A stretch of DNA of 60,414 nt from Octopus bimaculoides. Lineage: Eukaryota. The DNA lies in the NCBI RefSeq assembly GCF_001194135.2, contig NC_068982.1:168146505-168206918 (forward strand), read 5' to 3'. Shown in pieces: positions 11,482-23,070 of the stretch. The translations under genes were made by a program, and so were the position numbers. Every line of letters starts with the position of its first letter. The first letter of the stretch is position 1. The notes beneath the pieces are model-generated. The model was given only the letters and a program-made list of their open reading frames with translations. It did not search any database and was not told the DNA's origin.

Positions 11482-11640
11482 TCTGTTCACTAATCTAGGC
11501 TGTTTTTGGTCTCTGCATCATTTGGTCCAGTTGGCTGCCGTATACTTCGGCCGTGATTGATGAGCCAGGTTTAATGAAATCATAATGGATCACACCTGCG
11601 CCAGACCACTAAACACACACCATCAGCTTCTTTTGATGAC
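11482..11640 (-). mobile_element. Mariner transposase catalytic-domain fragment, inverted relative to 10121-10710
   Basis: Minus strand reads HQKKLMVCV*WSGAGVIHYDFIKPGSSITAEVYGSQLDQMMQ/KQPRLVNR, similar to Hsmar1 HQKKVMVTVWWSAAGLIHYSFLNPGETIT..Y..QIDEM...QPALVNR. Confidence 0.88.
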
Positions 11641-11714
11641 CTCGCAAATGGAGCCCAGTTAAAATTTTTCTTTAGGTCGATCAGCCCATCTTACTCAAAA
11701 GGTCCCTGAATAAG

Positions 11715-11940
11715 GTTTGAAGAATGAAGCACTCATGTTTCCAGTGGTGAATTATCCAAACCCCAAATAATTCCTCTCAACACATGGCTAGGATGCTTCC
11801 CCACTACTTCTGCTCGTGATCAGAGATGCACATATCATCAGCTACTAAGGGATATGCTCAACTGGCTAAGGTCAAGCAACGGACCAGCGAATCTGTGATT
11901 TTGAACAGAATAATTGCTGTAGCCCATCTTTTAAACCAAA
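11715..11940. mobile_element. Dispersed repeat fragment, probably a retroelement 3' end
   Basis: Recognised from recall of Octopus-type repeats (TCCTCTCAACACATGGCTA.GATGCT...GATCAGAGATGCACATATC); only one copy in the window. Confidence 0.4.
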
Positions 11941-12229
11941 ATATGTACATGGTAACAGTCTCACTCGGTTAGGGTTAAAAGCCATGAAAGCTATTGCCTG
12001 GTACTGCTTCAGGGCATTTTATTATCATCACCATGATCATCATCATCATCATCTTCATTATCATTGTTGTGTCAACGCCCTTAAGCGAAGAAGTAGGATC
12101 TCCCAAGACATATAAATAGAGGTAGTCTGGCCGTGGTAGGAGTGTTGAGTAGCAGTCGAGTAGCAGTTGTGTAGCGGTTGAGCAGAGATCATCCGAAGGT
12201 GGTAGATAGCAGTAGCTTGAGACATAACA

Positions 12230-12448
<219 letters not shown>

Positions 12449-12859
12449 ATTTCCTTTGCTATTGATTACGAGGAACATTCCTCATAGTGGTTACGTAAGA
12501 CGGTTTTGTTGCGAATTTACGATCATTACTTTTTCTAAATGAGTCACACGTTACTGTCAATTAGTAGAATTGACAGATTTTGTCTTCTAATTTCAGGGAT
12601 ACCGTCTCGCCAGTTTAACTACGATGTTTCTATCAATGATAATGAGACACTCCCAGAGGTGGTATACTGATTATGGTTAGTCGATGGCTGATATAATTTG
12701 CAAGATTTACCACTGGCCTGCATGTTTATGTGATTGAATTTTGTCTAGTGGAAATATCGGCTACATTGGTTGTGTTAGTTTACAGAGAAAAATGTTATCA
12801 ATATTGGTTATCATGTGGAGGAATGATCACTATGTCTCTGCACTGGAAACAAAAGCTTA

Positions 12860-13075
12860 TACGAGTGGGTGCTGAAAAATTGCTGGGTTTAAGGATATCA
12901 CAAAAGGCCTGGCTGGAGGCCGAAGATTCCAGGTTCTTTTATGAGGTGTAGAAAAACTGAAGGACTGCTGCAATAAGTGTGTGAATCTGAGAGGGCAATA
13001 TTTTGAATATGATCATAACTGATCCGCCTGTATTTTCTTTTACCCAAAGCCAGGAATTTTCAGCACGCCCGTGTA
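12860..13075 (+). mobile_element. Mariner-derived MITE with both TIRs and TA flanks
   Basis: TA-CGAG.GGGTGCTGAAAA.TT.CTGG.TTT pairs with AAAGCCAGGAATTTTCAGCAC.CCCG.G-TA. The internal EKLKD.CNKCVNLRGQYFE resembles a mariner C-terminus. Siblings at 33183 and 57709. Confidence 0.8.
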
Positions 13076-13404
13076 TTACATATTTCTGTTGCATTTCAAT
13101 GTTTTTTAGGTTTTGTTCTACTTCTTTAAATAAGGGCGTTTCATATTAGTCTACAAATCGAGATTTTGTGTATGTACCCCCATTGAAAACTCTCCAGACA
13201 CCAGATTCATAGAAAATAATTAGTAAGTAACTTTGCTTTTCCTTATCTATTATTGTTATGTCTGGTTTATTATTTTCCACCTTTTTATCCGTTTGAATAC
13301 GAAAATACCATAAAATTTAGCATTTCTCCGAATCCAGCACACTTTTGACTAATGATCATAACATGCACCTCCAGCTTCAAATATCTGTTTCTGACAAAGC
13401 TTCC

Positions 13405-13519
<115 letters not shown>

Positions 13520-13944
13520 AGGGTAGTTGTAGCAACTGTTGTAGTTGTTATTTGTCGTTGTTGTTCTTGTATTTTTATAATGCCATTTATGTAATGCAGA
13601 AAAAAATAGATTTTAATTTTTTTTTTCCTTTAAGTTTCCTTTAACTATACTTACTAAGCCTTTTGTTTGCCCCAATCATGAATTCTGCAACTCTCTTTCC
13701 GTTTGGATGCGTTTTCTGCTACTGTCATCTTTTAGGATATTCAGATTTATATCCACATGAGTCGTTATTGATGATATTCAGCCCCAGGCTTGTTCAAACC
13801 TCGAAGTACTACAGTTTGAAATAGTAGAAGTGCGATCTACATATCCTTATAGGACCAGGTATTGGGGTGGAGGAAGGTGATACATTATCACAATTCATTT
13901 TGCATAAAAAGGATTTTGAAAAAGTATAGAAACATAAAATTATT

Positions 13945-14144
13945 GTTTCTGCTATAGGCACAAGGCCTGGAATTTTGGGGTGGGATAAGTCGATTACATC
14001 GACTCCGGTACTTGATTAGCATTTCTTTTATCGACCCTGAAAGAACGAATGGCGAAGTTGATCTCGGTTGAATTTGAACTCAGAACGAAGTGCCGCGAAG
14101 CATTTTGTCCGGCGTGCTAATGGATTTACTAGCTCACCACCTTA
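13945..14144 (-). mobile_element. SINE family A
   Basis: Reverse complement is colinear with 10722-10940. Confidence 0.85.
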
Positions 14145-14319
14145 GAAACTCATAAAATAATGAAATATGAAAGGGAACGGAATAATTAGGGAAATAACTT
14201 TGAAATATTTAATAGCATTTAATATTTTATTTGGAAATACACACTTAAAAATCAACTAACTTCCTCTCTCAAACCGGCTGAACTCGTGCCAAAATTTGAA
14301 AACAATATTAGGTGCTGTT

Positions 14320-14540
14320 AAGGCAGCGAGCTAGCAGAATCGTTAGCACCTCGGGCAAAATACTTAGCGCCATTACGGTGGTCTTTACGTTCTGAGTTCA
14401 AATTCCGTTCAGGTCGACTTCGCCTTTCCTAATTTCGGAGTTGATAAAATTAGTACCAGCTGAGCACTGGGGTAGATGTAATTGACTTATTTCCTCCCTC
14501 ACAATTGCTGGTCTTGTGCCAAAGTTTGAAACCAATATTA
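14320..14540 (+). mobile_element. SINE family A, full length
   Basis: AAGGCAGCGAGCTAGCAGAATCGTTAGCAC head, core and GTGCCAAA.TTTGAAACCAATATT tail. Confidence 0.9.
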
Positions 14541-17123
14541 GGTGCATTTAGAATGATTGAAAGAAACAGAAAATGTACAGCTAGACATTATACACCAGTT
14601 ATGCTGAATACATTCGAGTGTGAAACCAAACAAAATATTGCAAACACTGAAGGATAACAGACCTGCTGTCGGTTGCGTATTGGAAACAAACTATAAGAGT
14701 AAGTCTACAAAACGTCTTTAATACATAATGGAGCATTTGTAAAATATATCTAGATATATGAATAGAATAAAGGTCTCCTTTTTATAGTTAATGTATGTGG
14801 TGACGTCAGTAGATATATATCAGCTGGTATCGGTGTTCAAACAAGAGAGCTTTACACAGCCTATCAGGCTGTCGGAAAATAGCGACCAAATATCCTTCGA
14901 ATTACACTATATCTTCCTAAATAAATTATAAATTGGGAACTGTCGTCCTTGGTATACAACAAAGATTGGTTACGATCGATTAATTTTTCGCCATAGGTCA
15001 GTTTGCTCAGGTTTGATCTATTGCTAGGCCAAACAAGCAAATTTAAACGTTCCCCTTAGTGAAGTATATTTATAATAAATTAACATCAACAATAACGGCA
15101 CTAACGCTACCTGATAAATATTGAACTAAAACAACGAGCTATTCTAAGAGCGCGTTCTGCCTCATCTTCGAAACGCCTAGTTTAGAATAGAGGCAGCTGA
15201 TGAAGGAAAAGTTCCATAAGGGGCTCGTCTGTTTTCTATGTGTTCATTCTGTTGTCTGTAAAAAAATCTGTTTTTGTGCTTTATGTTCCTGTTCCTTTTT
15301 TGACGACCTGTATCCGGATATGCATCTATATATACATGTAGATGCGGGTATGTACATATATGTATGTATACATGCATATGCTCATATATCGTTTGTATTA
15401 TTAAAATATATCATAGTATATATTAACGTTCCTTTAAATTTCGAGATCAAATACTATTGTGTTTCATTGCCACTTATTCCATCAGTGACAACAGTATAAG
15501 TACCAGTCACTTGCTGAATCTTTTGACTCTCTTTGCATCTTTGAGGAATATGTGAAATCATTATAATTGCAAATATATTCATTTTGATGTATGTTTCAAA
15601 TGCATTTCGTTTGAAATTTCGTTAAGATTTACAATTTTACACACGACTAAATTTGAAGTGTATTGGTTAAATGGTTTTGAAGAAGAATTTCTTTTCATTA
15701 CTCTTAAAGGTCAACGTTTGTATCCGTCAACAAAATCATAAGTGCTATATTACCATAATTATTCTGAAATTGTTATTACGGTGGTCTTTACGTTCTGAGT
15801 TCAAATTCCGTTCAGGTCGACTTCGACTTTCATAATTTCGGAGTCGATAAAATAAGTACACGCTGAGCACAGGGGTAGATGTAATCGACTTATTTCCTCC
15901 CTCACAATTGCTGGCCTTGTGCCAAAATTGAAACCAATATTAAGTGCATTTAGAATGATTCAAAGTGACAGAAAATGTACCACTGGACATTATACACCAG
16001 TTATGCTGAATACATTCGAGTGCAAACACTGAAGGATAACAGACCTGCTGTCGGTTGCGTATTGGAAACAAACTATAAGAGTAAGTCTACAAAACGTCTT
16101 TAATACATAATGGAGCATTTGTAAAATATATCTAGATATATGAATGGAATACAGCCTGCTATCCTCCATCCCCATTCACTTTACTATCACTTCCCTAAGT
16201 AACTCATGCAACACACCTCTTTACACCAACTAATTACCCTCTGCATATATCTAGAAAGCTACAGAGTTAAAACTGGAGTATCGCACGATCTCCTTTTTAT
16301 AGTTAATGTATGTGGTGACGTCAGTAGATATACATCAGCTGGTATCGGTGTTCAAACAAGGGAACTTTACACAGTCTATCAGGCTGTCGGAAAATAACGA
16401 CCAAATATCCTTCAAATTGCATTATATCTTCCTAAATAAATTATCAATTGGGAACTGTCGTGCTTGATATACAAAAAAGACTGGTTACGCTCGATTAATT
16501 TTTCGCCATAGGTCAGTTTGCTCAGATTTGATCTGTTACTAGGCCAAACAAGCAAATTTACATCGAGTCCACAAAGAAAACCCTGCGCTCTACATCGACC
16601 TGGTAGAAATAGCAGACAAACGTTCCTGAATTGAAACGTTCCTGAATTGAAACGTTCCCCTTAATGAAGTATATATGTAATAGATTAATATCACCAATAA
16701 CGGCACTAATGCTACCTAATAAATATTGAACTAAAACAACTAAAACATATCATAGTATATATTAACGTTCCTTTAAATTTCGAGATCAAATACTATTGTG
16801 TTTCATTGCCACTTAGTGACTCTCCTTGCATCTTTGAGAAATATGTGAAATCATTATAGTTGCAAATATATTCATTTTGATGTATGTTTCAAATGCATTT
16901 CGTTTGAAATTTCGTTAAGATTTGCAATTTNNNNNNNNNNTTTCAAATGCATTTCGTTTGAAATTTCGTTAAGATTTGCAATTTTACACACGAGTAAATT
17001 TGAAGTGTATTGGTTAAATGGTTCTGAGGAAGAATTTCTTTTCATTACTCTTAAAGGTCACCGTTTGTATCCGTCAACAAAATCATAAGTGCTATATTAC
17101 CATAATTATTCTGAAATTGTTAT
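14372..17123 (+). repeat. Diverged head-to-tail tandem duplication: copy 1 14372-15774, copy 2 15775-17123
   Basis: Long colinear identity, e.g. 14650-14770 versus 16025-16150. The junction TTGTT-ATTACGG joins the unique end to the SINE interior. Each copy carries private indels. Confidence 0.93.
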
Positions 17124-17767
17124 ACGAATCAGATAGTTCGACATTTATTAGCTTTTATTCCTCGGCTTTGTGATATTTATCATTTGAGACAACATACAAT
17201 GATTTCTTTGTAGTAGTTAATTATAACTAGGTACTTATTTAGCAAAAATATTAATCTACGCTCATTCTGACAATTCTTCTATTATAGGAATCTATTTTAG
17301 CAATATTCACAATTCACTTCCATTCAGACACTAAAGAAGTCCTATTTGAGATTGGAGCATTTCCACGAAAGCAATGATTCTATTTTCTCTTTGTTTTGTT
17401 TTCTTATCTTTGTCTGGTAATGTTTATTTCATTGCATCTTTAAATGATTTATGATACAGCATTGAGCCATCTAGGGTGCAACAGAACTAGTAGCGAATTC
17501 ATTAGCTTCTACATACAAATTATAGTTGAAAAATTGCTCGTGTCATCAGCTGTACATATATAGTTTAGAAGAGAAAGCTGATCGTATGATTACAATTCTT
17601 GCTATATATTTCTTTCCTTCACAATAGAACATATTTAACGTTGGAGCCTGCTATATTTCATTTGCAGTATATGAACAATTTATCATACATTAATTTGATA
17701 TTCTACATAATATTAAAGAAAGCAAACTAATATATCTATGGAGATTAATTGTAACAGATGTTAGAGG

Positions 17768-17793
17768 GAGAGAGAGGGAGAGAGAGGGAGGGG

Positions 17794-17850
<57 letters not shown>
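17768..17850. repeat. (GA)n microsatellite
   Basis: Directly visible. Confidence 0.97.
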
Positions 17851-17853
<3 letters not shown>

Positions 17854-19988
17854 CGAAATGGCAACACAGATTTATTTAATTTCTTCAACAGAACAATGAG
17901 ATGAATTTCAGTTTAAACATTGCAGATAAAGATAAGCTTCTAGAGGAATATTTTATTGCTTACCAACTAGGAATATTTCCAAGGAGGAGATTTTGTTGGT
18001 GTAAAGATACGGTGGAGATATTTATAGGTAGCTGATCAGGGGAGGGGAACAGTGGTGCCACGTAGCTTCTAGGTCAGAAGAACAGGAAACATTTTAATAG
18101 AAGGGAGACAAAACTGAATACGGTAAAGTGCGTGGGATAGACGCTTCCTTGTGATGATGAACGGTTTCATAGTCAGTCGGATGACATTTTTTGGATGTAT
18201 TTCACTTTCAAATAAGTAAGTATTATTTAATATGATTCTGATTTGTTATTTGTGTCTTGTTCATAATTAGTGTTGAAATTGTGACAGTAATTGATAGTAT
18301 AATAGTTGAGTTTTGCTGTTATGGGAGAAAAATTTACTATTTCCGCAAAGTTGATGTTGATGAGACAAAAAATACGCAAGTGTGCTCGAAAGTGCTTCTA
18401 AGGATTGCAGCACTGTGGAATGCTGTCGTTTCTCCACAAACTAAGCTATTAGCAGGTAAATCGGTCAAATAAATAAATAAGATGTGCTGTGAAGGAAAAG
18501 CCATTGTTTAAGTCCAACTCTGACATATGTTACGTCCTATAGACGCATTTACCTTCGCAGACATGATGATCCAGTTATCCAGTAATCTAGAAAATACAAT
18601 AGCTGTCAAATGTTTTTAATGTAAGCAGATGAATCGAGTGTTTGTCACAGTCTTGTAAAGAATTAAATGCTTAAGACCATCCGTGATTAAATGCATTGTT
18701 CGCAACACAACGAACTACATTTGGCTGTATATAAGCTTACGACTTTTCAACAAACTCGCTTATATTTATGTGACATAGCATCAGATGCAGTACACATTGC
18801 ATGAAAATAAAAAAAATAAATATTCTAAAGAATTTCTGTAGTAGGGTTTTCACAGAATTAGCTTCTATTGCATAAATAATTTTTTCCTTGGTATACTCAA
18901 ATGCGTATTCCACTTCAATAGATTTACGATGCGCTCATTTAACTTAAGGCCAACACCACTTCTTAGTAATGAATTTTAAAAGGGACTTGGTTTTGTAATC
19001 TTGCATCCGATGGTTGGGACAGAAGAACATTTCCAAATATTAAATTCGAAATTAAAGATAGATGTTAAAAGTCTCAGATGGATCTAAGATGGGTTCCAGT
19101 GGCTGTCAACTTTGTCGATCTAGCGCTACTTTAAATCTTCACTGCATTTCCTCAGTCAAAAAAAACATAGCTTTAAACAAAGGATTTGTTTCTCCGCTTC
19201 TACAAGCTTTTAATGATAGCGCATAATTATGTGAAGTCAAATGTAGCCTAAGACATTAGTTATGACCGTAACATAAACAAAGTTTCACACGAGCATAAGA
19301 CTTTATATATATATATATNNNNNNNNNNNNNNNNNNNNNNNNNNNNNNNNNNNNNNNNNNNNNNNNNNNNNNNNNNNNNNNNNNNNNNNNNNNNNNNNNN
19401 NNNNNNNNNNNNNNNNNNNNNNNNNNNNNNNNNNNNNNNNNNNNNNNNNNNNNNNNNNNNNNNNNNNNNNNNNNNNNNNNNNNNNNNNNNNNNNNNNNNN
19501 NNNNNNNNNNNNNNNNNNNNNNNNNNNNNNNNNNNNNNNNNNNNNNNNNNNNNNNNNNNNNNNNNNNNNNNNNNNNNNNNNNNNNNNNNNNNNNNNNNNN
19601 NNNNNNNNNNNNNNNNNNNNNNNNNNNNNNNNNNNNNNNNNNNNNNNNNNNNNNNNNNNNNNNNNNNNNNNNNNNNNNNNNNNNNNNNNNNNNNNNNNNN
19701 NNNNNNNNNNNNNNNNNNNNNNNNNNNNNNNNNNNNNNNNNNNNNNNNNNNNNNNNNNNNNNNNNNNNNNNNNNNNNNNNNNNNNNNNNNNNNNNNNNNN
19801 NNNNNNNNNNNNNNNNNNNATATATATATATATATATACACATATATATATAGTATTGATTAATAGTAGGAGATTAGGAGATGGATTTCGTATTGGACTT
19901 TTATCAGGTACAACATTCTCGACCTGGATTGACATATAACAAGAAGCCATGCGACACAAAAAATCTCTAGTGAGATTTCTTTATGAAT

Positions 19989-20033
19989 GTACTTGAAGAG
20001 ACCCAGACTGATGGGTCGAAACATATGTTGTAC
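19989..20033 (+). ncRNA. Minimal type I hammerhead ribozyme motif with U at position 3
   Basis: GUAC-UUGAAGA-GACCCA-gacuga-UGGGUC-GAAA-C-auau-G-UU-GUAC: 4 bp stem I, perfect 6 bp stem II, palindromic ACAUAUGU stem III, GUU cleavage triplet. Confidence 0.75.
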
Positions 20034-20946
20034 TTGATAAAAGTCTAATACGAAATCTGTCTCGTACTATTAATTAATACTATTACCGTAACTGCCACTG
20101 CAAGGTTCCTGAAGTAAATCCAATCGAAGTGTACCACAACTACGGGTGACAATAGGTAGCCTAAACTGTGCCGGTGCTCTACTCAACATTTAGACACGCT
20201 AATCTAATTATACCTATTTGTCTAAAATTTCTATTATTTTTATTATTATTATTATTATTATGATATATATATAGTAAGCATACGCACGAACACACATTCC
20301 GCACACACAAACAAGTGTGTGTTTGTATGTCGGTATTACCTGTGTGTTTGTATGGAGAGAAAGAGATAAAGAAAGATATTATTGAAACTACTCACTGGTT
20401 TTGTGACTGAGATCTATTGGAGCGTTGTTGATATAATGTTAGGGGAATAGCAAGGCGTTTGAGCATTTTGTTAATGTGTCAAAACTGAAAGAGGATTTAT
20501 TTACAACCGAATGCATTTGATACAAACCTATCAACCAACATCATATATGCTTCCAGGTGACATATTATGTAATGTCGATATGATCTTTTACATAGATGTC
20601 TTTAAGATATATTAGCTATCAAAAATTATATAAGAAAAATCCTAGCTTCTCTGAATGGATATGGTGACAACAGAAAAGTTGCTGCAATCATTTCTATCTC
20701 CGCCTAGTTCAAGCGTTTCATTAAGTTTCCAGGAATATATTGTAACATGAGAAATCCTATATCTCGATGACCAGCCTATAATATACAATATCTAGCGAAA
20801 TCAGGTAGGAAAAAAATTCATCGAAGCTGGCAGTTATATGCCGAAATATATTCGGAAGAGTAGGAACATACATATACATACACACACAGAGTACCACCAC
20901 CACACACATCGTACCACCACCCCACTCAACCCCCTACATACACTAA

Positions 20947-20985
<39 letters not shown>

Positions 20986-21279
20986 ATATATATATATATA
21001 TATATATANNNNNNNNNNNNNNNNNNNNNNNNNNNNNNNNNNNNNNNNNNNNNNNNNNNNNNNNNNNNNNNNNNNNNNNNNNNNNNNNNNNNNNNNNNNN
21101 NNNNNNNNNNNNNNNNNNNNNNNNNNNNNNNNNNNNNNNNNNNNNNNNNNNNNNNNNNNNNNNNNNNNNNNNNNNNNNNNNNNNNNNNNNNNNNNNNNNN
21201 NNNNNNNNNNNNNNNNNNNNNNNNNNNNNNNNNNNNNNNNNNNNNNNNNNNNNNNNNNNNNNNNNNNNNNNNNNNNNNN

Positions 21280-22205
21280 GTTAATGGTGCAAATGTCGAT
21301 GTGCTCGCTGAATGCTATTTTTCTGTATTCCCGAATTTTGATCTGGGATCTATGTAGAGCCATCCTTTGACGTAGGCTGTTTTTGGTTTCAAGAGCAACA
21401 CATAGGCGAAACCAAAAATAGTCTACGTCAAAGGATGGCTCTACATGGATCCCAGATCAAAATTCGGGAATACAGAAAAATAGCATTCAGCAAACACATC
21501 GATATTTACGCCACTAACAAACAACCTAGCTTCAGAATTTTTCCCCTCTATAAATTCAGGGATGATACAACTTGTAGTCAGCGCATCAGTAAAGAGTCAT
21601 ATTTCATCACAAAATATAAACCCCTTTTGAATGCGTCCACCATGAATGACACTATTACAGGGGTCTTGGAATAACCCACACGCAAATATTAAAAACAGCA
21701 TATTCAGAATAGTCACTACTCAGAACAATTCCAATCACTACTATTACAAACACAACGGTCACTTTTAGGTCACTTGACCACTTAAGAGGATTCCACCAAC
21801 ATCCTACAACTGTCATACCACTCCCACATTTCTTTTTCGTCGCCTCCTTTCTCAGCTACTACTGTGCTTAAACAATCAAAATCAAGAATTCATATTAGGA
21901 CTACTAGTACCTGCTACCTGCAACCAACATCTCACATGAGTAAAAGAGAGAGACAGAGACAGACGGAAGAAAGGAAAATGTCCCTTGCATCTGAGTTCGA
22001 TTCCAGGCAATGACCTGAATGATAATAATAACATCGAAAAATACTTTAGGAATGAGAACCCAGGTTCGAAATTTTCCCAAGACACCTGATGAAGGCTGGA
22101 GGGTATATCAGCCGAAAGGTTGTGTTAACAACAAACAAGATAAGGACAAATATCCGTCAAATGGAAATAATGTACATAATTCCTCATCTCTTAAAAATAT
22201 AGAAC
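21280..22205 (+). mobile_element. Penelope-like element 3' fragment: GIY-YIG endonuclease C-terminus, inverted 5' duplication and HHR-bearing 3' region
   Basis: 21393-21674 reads EQHIGETKNSLRQRMALH...FSKH...F.IFP.YK...R..KESYFI.KYKP.LN (IGET, conserved Arg, Glu, Asn). 21280-21390 is an inverted copy of 21408-21518. A hammerhead lies at 22081. Assigning 21675-21950 to the same element is inferred. Confidence 0.8.
22081..22126 (+). ncRNA. Minimal type I hammerhead ribozyme motif with stem III AGGU instead of palindromic ACGU
   Basis: GACAC-CUGAUGA-a-GGCUG-gaggguauau-CAGCC-GAAA-gg-UU-GUGUU. Confidence 0.75.
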
Positions 22206-22534
22206 CGTAAAACTAACAAGGTCAGCAGCAACGGTGGTGCCAACGATGCCAATAACAAAATCAACAACTGCCAAAATGGCAGCACCGTGGGCGAACACAC
22301 ATACACAGGGTAACACAGGAACTGTACCATTTATGTTTTTCTGGTCTTAGGACAGCAGCAGCACAATGAGTTGAGAGGATTTTGCTGAGGGGAAGGTCAC
22401 ACTGCTGCTAAAACTATGACGCACACAAGCATTCACACACATACATACACAGGTGCACACACACTCACACACACACGCACATCAAACAAACAAGGACAGA
22501 AACGCATGCGCACATAAGAATACACATCCTAGAA

Positions 22535-22745
22535 GAACAGAATGGTGTAAGTGGAGCAAGGACACACACAAAAACGAAAAATGTCGCTGAAGAGGTCGTA
22601 GATGTGTGATGAAATATTTCCGGACAATGGACACGAGTTAAAATAAAATAGGAACCGTAATAAACTAGTGAAGAAAAAATATACAGTGCGTGTGTTTATT
22701 TGGTCAATTTTTTTTTTTAAATGACCATTCCGAAATGCAACACTA
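22535..22745 (+). mobile_element. HHR family A short repeat (about 210 bp, no ORF)
   Basis: Colinear with 50073-50270 and with both arms of 2655-2975. Confidence 0.75.
22582..22626 (+). ncRNA. Minimal type I hammerhead ribozyme motif (family A), core complete
   Basis: UGUCG-CUGAAGA-g-GUCGUA-gaug-UGUGAU-GAAA-uauu-UC-CG(G)ACA; stem II held by wobble pairs, stem I 5 bp with one bulge. Confidence 0.7.
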
Positions 22746-22916
22746 TCTGTTTCAACCAACGATGTCACAGCAGGATTCTTGCAATTATCAGGGCTCCAAG
22801 CTCGTAACTGAGACGGGAGCTATGAAAGCATTTTAGGTTTCCGATATAGCGGATATATATTTGTGAAAGAGAACAAGAAACGCCAAGGCAAAACAAGCAT
22901 CGCAAGTCATATATTA

Positions 22917-23070
22917 AAATTAGTTGAGGTCTTTCAGCTGTTTCTAGGATATCTCAATATCCTTCATATTTTTTTCTATTTGCTCCTAATGACGGAACAC
23001 CCTGTATTCAGGCATACTCACCTATCATCTGGCATATCCCCAGAAACAGCTGTAGGACCGCAACTAATTT
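22917..23070. mobile_element. Foldback pLTR-like relic carrying a decayed hammerhead (ACAGCUGU stem III)
   Basis: 22917-22952 is the inverted copy of 23034-23070. Plus strand has CUAAUGA (22986-22992) ... GAAA-C-agcu-G-UA (23043-23054). Confidence 0.6.

Noticed and set aside
12597-12850. Good acceptor followed by IPSRQFNYDVSINDNETLPEV
   Set aside because: All frames close quickly, the donor is weak, and it may be a post-RT LINE relic.
16887-16984. Exact 44 bp direct repeat around a 10-N gap
   Set aside because: Unmerged contig overlap, an assembly artefact.
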